DNA from: Candidatus Heimdallarchaeota archaeon
GTDB lineage: Archaea > Asgardarchaeota > Heimdallarchaeia > Hodarchaeales > Hodarchaeaceae
Length of the DNA stretch: 13,912 nucleotides
Reading direction: 5' to 3'
Assembly (NCBI GenBank): GCA_048881705.1
Contig: JBHLSH010000090.1
Location: forward strand, 1-13,912
Below the pieces are notes generated by a model. The model saw only the letters and a program-made list of their open reading frames with translations. It ran no database searches and was not told the origin of the DNA. Shown in pieces: positions 6,620 through 13,912 of this stretch (the first letter of the stretch is position 1; each line of letters opens with the position of its first letter). A program made the position numbers and the translations under genes.

Positions 6620-8785
6620 TTATGGAGCAATGGCACCTGGTGGAATACTATCCCACTTAATTCTCCAGATATAAACCCAGTCATGAGAGGTTTTATACGC
6701 CAGTTCATAATAGTCGGCATATTCCGCGTAATCTGGGGAAAACCCTTTTTCCGCGGGGGCATTATCTGAAATGGGGGCATAGCTGGTGATTCGATCATAG
6801 GTGGCCTGTTCGACTTCAGCGGTGTACAATGACCAAAAGACCGAGTCATAGAATTTGTTGACGTATCCTTCGATGAACTGCCCTCTGTCATCATAGTCTA
6901 GGTACTCATCTTCCACAATTTGGACAATATTACCATTTTTTTCACCAATCTTTACAAACCAAGGAACTTTTCCAAGATCTGAATCCAAACCTTGGGCTCC
7001 GAACCCATCCGAGACCAACAGAACGATATATGAGATATCATAAATCTTGGCGATCTTGAGACTTTCACGAGGGTTCAAAACTAACATACAGCCGATATTG
7101 GCAATCTTGGTACTATTTATGGTCGCATTATCCACTAGGATCGTCGTATTCGAGGTTCCACTGATCCAATACCCGTAATCCCACCAGGACGCCACAGTAC
7201 CATCATTAATGGTGACGTGATAATCGAGCCACCCGATGGCTTCTTGCCAATCATTTCCTATGATCAATCTATTCTCTTCTACAACAAGAGTGAGAATCGA
7301 AGGTGCATGAGTACTTTGGACCGCGGCATCGCTAGCCAGCATCACCGAGGAGAGTAGAAAGAGGCCGATAAAGGCAAAGGCGATGGCCGTATGCTCATTG
7401 GTCAGAGGTTGGCTGATTCGGGTCTTTCGCCGAGAGAGGGCAAACCGTTCCTGAAAAGTGAGTACAAAGGGGAGTAGGGTTTGATCTACTCCTTTTGCTA
7501 TGAGCAGAGCCGCCGCTGGGGCCAAAATAAGAGCCAGTCGTACCATGCTTCCCGCAAAAAAGATCGCCGTACCCCCAAAAAGTAACAACAAGATATTCTT
7601 CTCAGTTGGCTGTTCCCATAGATAATACAGACTAAGAGGTAAGAAAACAATAAGAATGCCGATATTATTGAAAAACGCCAGCCAAGTGACAAGTTGATGC
7701 TCCGAAACGGATTTGAGAATCGGGGTTTCATCTCGAAAGAACGGAAGTATGACCGTGATAAACTTGGAAGAAAAATTGGTCAGAAAACCAGTCAACATGA
7801 GAATGATGATTCCGATCCCAGTAAGGATAATCAAATATGGAAAGAGAGGGCGGATCCGATCATAAACTAAAGAAGTATCATAGTATTCGCCAATATAGTT
7901 CCATAACGCCACTAAGATAAGGAAGCCCACAACCCCGAGCGGCACCAAGCCATTTGTGGATAAGAGTGATGCGGGTCCATTACGGGGGATAAGGGTCATG
8001 ATGAATGATCCAATGAGGATGGAGCCAGAATATGATATCAGCAGGCGATCCGAGTATTTCTTGGAAAGGACAAGCAGAAAGGCATAAAGAGCCAATAAAT
8101 TGAAAACATATGTAGAGGCCCCCCAAGAACCTGATATTATTCCCAGTGAAATACCCGATAAAACCGTGGTAAATATGGATCCTGTTCGTAATGCTCGGGC
8201 GAAAAAATACAAACAAACAACTAGTAAGAGGATTCCTAAGCCTTCATTGTCAAAAAAACCAACAACAGTGCGTTGAAGATGGCCTGCGGACACAGCCAAC
8301 AACAATGCAGACAGAATCCCGACTTTTTTGTTGGCTAGCTCCTTTCCTAAAAAGTAAATTGCGATGACGGTTAAAGACCCGGTAATGGCTGGTTGAAAAT
8401 AGGCAGCAACCTGTAACGGAACATCAATTCCTAAAATGAGCGCTAATTCGTGAAGGAGGACAGCCGAGAGGGGCGTGCCAATATACTGAGATTTTCCCCA
8501 GAAACGGCCTTCAGGATACCAAGTCTGGTAATCCACCCAGGAAAAAAAGGCGAACAATCCGTTTTCAGAGATGTACTCGGCCGCCCGTAACTGAGAGTAG
8601 GGATCATTGGCAGAAAGGATCACCTCATACCGAAAAAAAGGGAAAATTCGCACTATGAAAGCTATCACAAAGATGAGAACCAGAGAGGAGTAGAGAAGGA
8701 TATGCTGCCTGGTAAGGGTTGTTGTTGCAAAATTATACCGAGTTCTGAGGTCATCAGTAATTCTAGATGTAAGACTAGGCGACAA
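6620..8785 (-). CDS. aglB: Oligosaccharyltransferase AglB/STT3
   Basis: Multiple transmembrane segments; motifs NDPY, FFDNE, SVSEHQ, WWDYG, DNAT and DLGK. TTG start with GGTGA 6 nt upstream. Confidence 0.96.
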   Translation of the reverse strand: MSPSLTSRITDDLRTRYNFATTTLTRQHILLYSSLVLIFVIAFIVRIFPFFRYEVILSANDPYSQLRAAEYISENGLFAFFSWVDYQTWYPEGRFWGKSQYIGTPLSAVLLHELALILGIDVPLQVAAYFQPAITGSLTVIAIYFLGKELANKKVGILSALLLAVSAGHLQRTVVGFFDNEGLGILLLVVCLYFFARALRTGSIFTTVLSGISLGIISGSWGASTYVFNLLALYAFLLVLSKKYSDRLLISYSGSILIGSFIMTLIPRNGPASLLSTNGLVPLGVVGFLILVALWNYIGEYYDTSLVYDRIRPLFPYLIILTGIGIIILMLTGFLTNFSSKFITVILPFFRDETPILKSVSEHQLVTWLAFFNNIGILIVFLPLSLYYLWEQPTEKNILLLLFGGTAIFFAGSMVRLALILAPAAALLIAKGVDQTLLPFVLTFQERFALSRRKTRISQPLTNEHTAIAFAFIGLFLLSSVMLASDAAVQSTHAPSILTLVVEENRLIIGNDWQEAIGWLDYHVTINDGTVASWWDYGYWISGTSNTTILVDNATINSTKIANIGCMLVLNPRESLKIAKIYDISYIVLLVSDGFGAQGLDSDLGKVPWFVKIGEKNGNIVQIVEDEYLDYDDRGQFIEGYVNKFYDSVFWSLYTAEVEQATYDRITSYAPISDNAPAEKGFSPDYAEYADYYELAYKTSHDWVYIWRIKWDSIPPGAIAP

Positions 8786-8993
8786 AAGGCTTCACCGAAA
8801 TAGATCTAAACGGGTACCCTCGGATTTTATGGAATAGTGGATTTCCTAACAAGGATAACGAAACGCTTGATGAATGGTCTACTTCTCCATTTTGTTTTTT
8901 GTTTTTTGCTGTTCGATGTTCTTTTAGATGGTTCTTTTTACACGATGTCAGGGTAGATTGAAAATCATTTACTAAATAAAAGCAGTTTTAAAG

Positions 8994-9353
8994 GTGCTAT
9001 TCGTGACGAAACCATCGATTGCCCCAGATATTGATCTAGAGTTGTTCGAACTAAAATTTCCTGGCAAAATTATAGGTAAAGCAGTCATAGATGCCAATGC
9101 CCAGATGATTGGGGTAATTCGTAATGTTAGAGTACAAATCGGATTAACATCAACCGCAACGAGCTTAACGATCAAGGGTTTGAATACTGAATTTGAAATA
9201 AAATCAGAAGATATCAAAGCAATCGGGAATGTCGTCAATTTAAATGTCACTATCAAGCACTCCGAACCTATAGAGGTACAAGATGTTATCCGCTTACGTA
9301 ACGAAATCCAAGAGGAGCTCCTCCACTTCTATCAGGTAATCCAGCCCCGATGA
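8994..9353 (+). CDS. PRC-barrel domain protein (CdpB-like) with C-terminal helical extension; true start probably GTG 9003
   Basis: IGKAVIDANAQMIGVIRNVRV ... SEDIKAIGNVVNL is a typical archaeal PRC-barrel pattern. AAGGTG (8991-8996) lies 6 nt before the in-frame GTG at 9003. Confidence 0.8.
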   Translation: MLFVTKPSIAPDIDLELFELKFPGKIIGKAVIDANAQMIGVIRNVRVQIGLTSTATSLTIKGLNTEFEIKSEDIKAIGNVVNLNVTIKHSEPIEVQDVIRLRNEIQEELLHFYQVIQPR

Positions 9354-9359
9354 CAAGGT

Positions 9360-9731
9360 TTATTGATCAAAATTGGCGATCTTTAATGTAATGTCTACTA
9401 TGGTGTCAATTGTCCGAAGAAGACGCTTGATTTCGTCCAAAGATTCCGTAGCAGCTAGCTGATGACTTAGGGCAAGGAGTTTTCCTACGAGAATGTCCTG
9501 CAACTGTTCAATTGTTTCACCAAGAGAATATCTATGCTCAATTTGCTTTGCTTCTATGTCTGATCTGGCAAAAACTGCTTCTCTATTGCATTTAGGGCAA
9601 AAAATCTTGTTTTCTTTCTTAAAGAGGGGAACATGACAGTCTGGACAGGAATCTGATAACATTGTTGCTCCTGTTAGAAGTAAAGAACTCATACGTGCAA
9701 TGGGATCTGATTCTGAGGGTTCTTTTGCCAT
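9360..9731 (-). CDS. UPF0148 / SSSCA1 (autoantigen p27)-type Zn-ribbon protein
   Basis: MSSLLLTGATMLSDSCPDCHVPLF...IFCPKC followed by a helical C-terminus. Confidence 0.88.
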   Translation of the reverse strand: MAKEPSESDPIARMSSLLLTGATMLSDSCPDCHVPLFKKENKIFCPKCNREAVFARSDIEAKQIEHRYSLGETIEQLQDILVGKLLALSHQLAATESLDEIKRLLRTIDTIVDITLKIANFDQ

Positions 9732-9804
9732 GATGGTAACCCGTTTTTACGTGATTCTTGCCAAATTCAGGTAGTAATATAATATTAGCCTACAATCCAT
9801 ACCA

Positions 9805-12402
9805 TTAGAATTTGATGATAGAGGAGATATGGTCGTTTGCTCCATAAATAATGGATTCGCGGTTGCTGAGAATAATTTTCTGGACATTGTGCATGGCCTT
9901 AAAATCATCGGCGAAGGCTGCGAGCGTAGGAGGAATACTTAGACTAGTGAGAGGGGCCTTAAAAGATAGCTTTTTGAGTTTTTTACTTCTCCAGATTAAA
10001 GAGTTAAGTTCCATGATTTTCGGAGTGCGAAAATCTTCTTCTGCAGAATTAGTCTCCGATTCTGGCATTAATTTTCTATGGATACTTTGAGAAGGTTCGT
10101 AAAGTTTTTGATAAATAGCTTCGGCTATAAACGGGGTGATGGGAGCGAGAAGTTTGAGAATGGTTTTGAAAACGTAGTGTATGGTGAAGTGGGCACTTTC
10201 AGTCGCCTCTTGGCCCGAAACGTCATCGCTATACGCACGAGTTTTCGCCAATTCTATATAATGGGCCGCAAAAATCGTTCGTACCCAATTGTAGATGTTT
10301 ATCGCTGGAACGGAAAAATCGAGTTGTTGATAACCTTTGTGACATCTATTGATAAGCCCATTTAAACTTGATAAAATCCATTCGTCTGTGGGGTATAATA
10401 TGGAGGGTTGGGTGCTATTGGGAAACACGGAGACAAATCGGGCGATATTCCAAAGTTTGGTGATAAATTTGGTATGACCGTTCAACTTGTCCAAAGAAAA
10501 TCGAATGTCGGTTCCATGGCTACCCTGTAAACATGATGAAAGCCTGACACTATCGGCGCCGCAGAAGAGATTCGGGAGTTTATTCTTATCCTTAAAGCGG
10601 TTGGAGATTTCCTTCTCAGCAATGTTTGTCCAGCTGTCTATTTCGGGTTTTAACGTTTCAGGAGTATTTAAAGGCAAATTAGGCGGTTGAATGAATACCA
10701 ATGGGTCTACACTGTTACCTAAACTTTTAGACATTTTCCCACCAAATGGATCAAGAACAAGGCCAGATATCCATACTTGCTTGAACGCTGATTTCTTAAA
10801 AAGAAGATAGGCGCGCAGAATAGTATAGTAAAGCCAAGTCCGTACGATTTCTTTCCCTTGGGGCCGTATCGAGCAGGGGAAATTCTGGGTGAAAAAAGAC
10901 TGATCAGGATCTTCAAAAAAGATCTCGCCATAATTGCATACTGCGAGTTCTGAGATTGAAGAATCGTACCAAGTGTCAAATGTTCTTTCCTCTCCTATGG
11001 CATCTACAAGCGTATTTCCACATTGAGAACACCGAGAAAGGCTAGCTGGGGGATTCTCTTTCCAAGCTTCATAATAACGATCGAGTACTTTCGGTACGTT
11101 TGGAAACTGACATTTCTGGCAATACCAAATTGGAATTGAAGTACCGTAAAACCGTCTTCTGCTTATCGCCCAGTCCATAGATAGATCTTTCATCCAGTTC
11201 TCTAGGATATTCTGACTAGATTGAGGATAGAAATGCATAAGCTCAGATATCTTTCTGAGCTCAGGAAGAAATTCTACCTGCTGGAGATAATATTCCTCTT
11301 GACCGATAATTTCTATCACTGTTTTGGATCTCCAACAGATAGGTACACGTCGAGAAATGGCTGACGATTTGATCAAGAAATCTGCTCTTTTCAGATCAGA
11401 TAGGATAGCTTCTTGTGCTTCTTTAACCGTTTTTCCTTGATACTTCCCTGCTACCGCATTTAATTTCCCATCAGTAGTAATAACGGTTTTGGGATGATTA
11501 ATGCCGAAATCTCGAAGGATTTTTACGTCTGATTTATCACCATACGCACAAATCATCATGATTCCAGTACCTAATCCAGGATCAGCTTCTGGATGAGAGA
11601 ATATGGGAACTGATTTGCTATATAGAGGTGTTAATGCCTGTTTTCCCTCCAGATGAACGTAGCGGAAATCATCGGGATGATAAATTATTAGTTCACAGGT
11701 TGCAATTAGTTCTGGTCGTGTCGTGGCAATTTTGATTGTTTCATCCGAATCAGCCAGATTAAACTTTATTTCATGAATTAATGAGTCATCGTTTCGGTAT
11801 TCGATTTCCGCATCAGCTATTGTCGTCCCACAGTCTATGCACCAATTATTTGGCCTGGTAGATCTATAAACTAATCCATCATGCCAAGCTTGAATAAAAG
11901 TACGTTGTGTTAGCACACGGTATTGTGGAGAGTCTGTCTGGTAATAAATGTTTGGGGTTCCGTAAAATGTGTTACAAGACAACCCCATCCACTTCATTAC
12001 TGCCAATGTGTTTTCTTCGGCCTCATCTAGCTCAATTTTACAGATTTTAAGGAATTCCACACGATCTATATCATGCATCGATTGACCTAGTTTACGTTCA
12101 ACTTTGACCTCCACAGGAAGGCCATTTCGATCAGTGCAGGCTGGAAATAACACTTCACACCCCATCATTCTGTAATAACGTGCGATCATGTCTATTTGTG
12201 CGTAGTGTATGGCAAAACCCAGATGGGCCCGGCCAGAAACATATGGAGGGGGAGTATCTATGATATAAACGGGTTTATTTGTCTTAGGATTGAACTGAAA
12301 GGTTGCATCCTTTTCCCAATAAGCAATAATGTCCCGCTCGATGTTCGGGTTCCAATTTTTCATATCTAGCTTTGGTTTACTTCTCATTGATTTTATCTCC
12401 AT
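9805..12402 (-). CDS. valS: Valyl-tRNA synthetase, archaeal type
   Basis: IDTPPPYVSG, HIGH variant HLGF, DRNGLPVE, editing domain ATTRPEL/GTG, W.ISRRR..G, DTW.DSS and KMSKSLGN. The C-terminus is short and lacks the bacterial coiled coil. Confidence 0.96.
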   Translation of the reverse strand: MEIKSMRSKPKLDMKNWNPNIERDIIAYWEKDATFQFNPKTNKPVYIIDTPPPYVSGRAHLGFAIHYAQIDMIARYYRMMGCEVLFPACTDRNGLPVEVKVERKLGQSMHDIDRVEFLKICKIELDEAEENTLAVMKWMGLSCNTFYGTPNIYYQTDSPQYRVLTQRTFIQAWHDGLVYRSTRPNNWCIDCGTTIADAEIEYRNDDSLIHEIKFNLADSDETIKIATTRPELIATCELIIYHPDDFRYVHLEGKQALTPLYSKSVPIFSHPEADPGLGTGIMMICAYGDKSDVKILRDFGINHPKTVITTDGKLNAVAGKYQGKTVKEAQEAILSDLKRADFLIKSSAISRRVPICWRSKTVIEIIGQEEYYLQQVEFLPELRKISELMHFYPQSSQNILENWMKDLSMDWAISRRRFYGTSIPIWYCQKCQFPNVPKVLDRYYEAWKENPPASLSRCSQCGNTLVDAIGEERTFDTWYDSSISELAVCNYGEIFFEDPDQSFFTQNFPCSIRPQGKEIVRTWLYYTILRAYLLFKKSAFKQVWISGLVLDPFGGKMSKSLGNSVDPLVFIQPPNLPLNTPETLKPEIDSWTNIAEKEISNRFKDKNKLPNLFCGADSVRLSSCLQGSHGTDIRFSLDKLNGHTKFITKLWNIARFVSVFPNSTQPSILYPTDEWILSSLNGLINRCHKGYQQLDFSVPAINIYNWVRTIFAAHYIELAKTRAYSDDVSGQEATESAHFTIHYVFKTILKLLAPITPFIAEAIYQKLYEPSQSIHRKLMPESETNSAEEDFRTPKIMELNSLIWRSKKLKKLSFKAPLTSLSIPPTLAAFADDFKAMHNVQKIILSNRESIIYGANDHISSIIKF

Positions 12403-12452
12403 AAGAACAGAGACCGTGACATAAAGTCCCCTTCAGAAGTCCTAAGGAAGAG

Positions 12453-12466
12453 AATTCAGCTGAATT
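12453..12466. promoter_or_regulatory. Perfect 14-bp palindrome AATTCAGCTGAATT in the valS / kinase divergent intergenic region
   Basis: The sequence equals its own reverse complement and lies 51 nt upstream of the valS ATG. Its function is inferred only. Confidence 0.4.
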
Positions 12467-12556
12467 AGGGGATAAAAAAATGTAGATAAGATTTTCCCCC
12501 GCCAAAAATCCATTCCATCTCTGTTGAGAGCTGTAAGAAAAGAGCGTTACGGGAAA

Positions 12557-12635
12557 TGGTGTTGTCTCATACGAGGCCAGGATTGAGGGATCTAACAAAG
12601 TGATCCCGGCTGGGAGACACCACTAATTCACCATT
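12557..12635. other. Potential multi-stem RNA hairpin in the valS / kinase intergenic region
   Basis: Nested pairs TGTCTC/GAGACA (12563-68/12614-19), CCAG/CTGG (12577-80/12610-13) and GGGATC/GATCCC (12587-92/12602-07). AATGGTG can also pair with CACCATT (12629-35). Confidence 0.4.
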
Positions 12636-12717
12636 CGTTTCTGAAAAACACAGCTTTAAAAAGCCGTCTATTTTTGATCGTCGTTGCTTGATGACAAGAT
12701 AAAAAGCTTCATATGGA

Positions 12718-13839
12718 TTGCGTGAGAATAAAGGTATGAGTCGAGATATTTTAGCAGAAGAACAACTTAAATTTGAAATAATACGCGTTCTTTCTCGTTA
12801 CTTCCTCCGTCAAATTGAAGATTTAGTTAGAACTAAAACAGGGGCTTTCTTTCCTGTAGAAAAAATCGAAAATATAGAACTGGGCCGAAGGCTTGGGAAA
12901 CGCAGGGAATTGCAGTTAGCGACACTCACGGTTCGAGATGCAATTTCTGATCGCCAATTCAGTTTCGAACTGGCCTTTAAATTCCATGCAAATCAAGATA
13001 CTGCCATTAAAGAGGGAAATGGTGCGTTATGGCTAGGAGATGTCCTAAAGAACAATTCTAAGGTGCACACACCTCAATTACTGTATTTATCTAGAGAAAG
13101 TTCTCTATTAATTTATGAGGGGGTTCAAGCAAAGGAATTCTATGACAGTGAGCTTGAAGAGCCCGAAAAACTGCTTTTGGCTGGCATGGCACTACCTTAT
13201 GTTCATGGTATTTTCAAACAGAGGGTGCAAGTGGATCGCTATCTCCATCTAATTTCAGGGGTAACCGCTGGTTTACGAATGTCTCCAGATGAGAAAACAG
13301 AGTTTAATTCTCTTTTTAAACCGTTTCTCCGCCATGTAGGCATCAGTGAAGCGGGAGGAAATTGTTTTGGCGATTTCCACCCTGGAAATATCATGTTTCA
13401 ACATGGCGGGGATATAAATGCATCTACCAGCAATACGGGGAATGTTCTGGTAGATCACACGGATATTTTTTTAATCGACCCAGCTTATTTAGATAACGAA
13501 GGAAACGTTGATAGAACTGAGGATATCGGAACTTTTTTTTCAAAAATTGCCTCGAATGAATGGTTATTGAACCAATCGTTTGACACCAGTATACGCCAAA
13601 TTGAGCAATTCGTTAAAGGTTACAATTACATCACCCAAATGAACGGTATGACGCTACAGGATTATTATGTAGACGGAAAACCTTCTTTTGATTTTCAAAT
13701 TGGGTTGGGGATTCTGCTTGATACCTTATATAAAATGAAAACACCTGGTGGAGATTTTGGAGCCAAAACGAGTACTAATGTTGAGGCGGCCAAACAGATT
13801 TTGACTCGGCAACCGTTTGAAGCAGTTGAACCTGTCTAG
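12718..13839 (+). CDS. APH/choline-kinase-like phosphotransferase (protein-kinase fold), substrate unknown
   Basis: LAFKF (catalytic Lys region), Brenner-type motif FGDFHPGNIMF, metal-binding FLIDP and downstream EDIG. The start is uncertain (TTG 12718 or ATG 12737). Confidence 0.85.
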   Translation: MRENKGMSRDILAEEQLKFEIIRVLSRYFLRQIEDLVRTKTGAFFPVEKIENIELGRRLGKRRELQLATLTVRDAISDRQFSFELAFKFHANQDTAIKEGNGALWLGDVLKNNSKVHTPQLLYLSRESSLLIYEGVQAKEFYDSELEEPEKLLLAGMALPYVHGIFKQRVQVDRYLHLISGVTAGLRMSPDEKTEFNSLFKPFLRHVGISEAGGNCFGDFHPGNIMFQHGGDINASTSNTGNVLVDHTDIFLIDPAYLDNEGNVDRTEDIGTFFSKIASNEWLLNQSFDTSIRQIEQFVKGYNYITQMNGMTLQDYYVDGKPSFDFQIGLGILLDTLYKMKTPGGDFGAKTSTNVEAAKQILTRQPFEAVEPV

Positions 13840-13912
13840 CCATATTTTTGTTATTTTCGACAGACTCTTAACAAAATATTAGAAGGACTGAGAATTTTCG
13901 CACTACCTGCCT

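Noticed and set aside
8890-8940. Short T-rich tandem repeats (TGTTTTT; GTTCTTTT) between aglB and the PRC-barrel gene
   Set aside because: Low-complexity intergenic sequence; the long minus-strand open frame here has no suitable start codon.
12564-12622. tRNA-like element ending in ACCA, or H/ACA guide RNA
   Set aside because: Only 59 nt, with no T-loop or D-loop consensus and no proper K-turn/K-loop G-A pairs.
12551-12624. Fluoride (crcB) riboswitch-like pattern: AUGGUGUU loop with downstream GACACC
   Set aside because: The P1 stem would be weak (mismatch plus G-U), the conserved U(A/G)AUGAC 3' segment reads UGGGAGAC, and the downstream gene is not a fluoride exporter. Only an Rfam scan could rescue it.
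721-13458. Remaining short alternative-frame or antisense ORFs inside the long genes (e.g. 721-936, 1645-1917, 2256-2441, 4922-5161, 5593-5781, 6022-6237, 6601-6894, 7498-7731, 7980-8216, 8972-9256, 9851-10090, 10078-10365, 10487-10690, 10719-10979, 12377-12598, 13273-13458)
   Set aside because: Shadow ORFs of well-supported genes, with no independent evidence.

Overview
Archaeal chromosomal segment. AglB and ValRS motifs suggest TACK/Asgard affinity, which is an inference. The right three-quarters is housekeeping: cdc6/orc1 convergent with the PolD small subunit DP1, aglB/STT3, a PRC-barrel protein, a UPF0148/SSSCA1-type Zn-ribbon protein, archaeal-type valS and an APH/kinase-fold phosphotransferase. 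The left ~3.4 kb is accessory. It holds a 513-aa uncharacterised protein (possibly tandem Lrp/AsnC-like), a frameshifted remnant of the 3' end of a paralog, and a DUF6788-like gene. The most notable observation is missed by the ORF track. Both the intact gene and its decayed paralog are followed, exactly 36 nt after their stop codon, by a convergent micro-ORF (MPPQDGGNGGM and (M)MPPQDGGNGGH). Each micro-ORF has a strong archaeal Shine-Dalgarno and a T-rich tract after its stop. This looks like a duplicated 'large protein + tiny peptide' module in which the peptide unit survived while the second large gene decayed.
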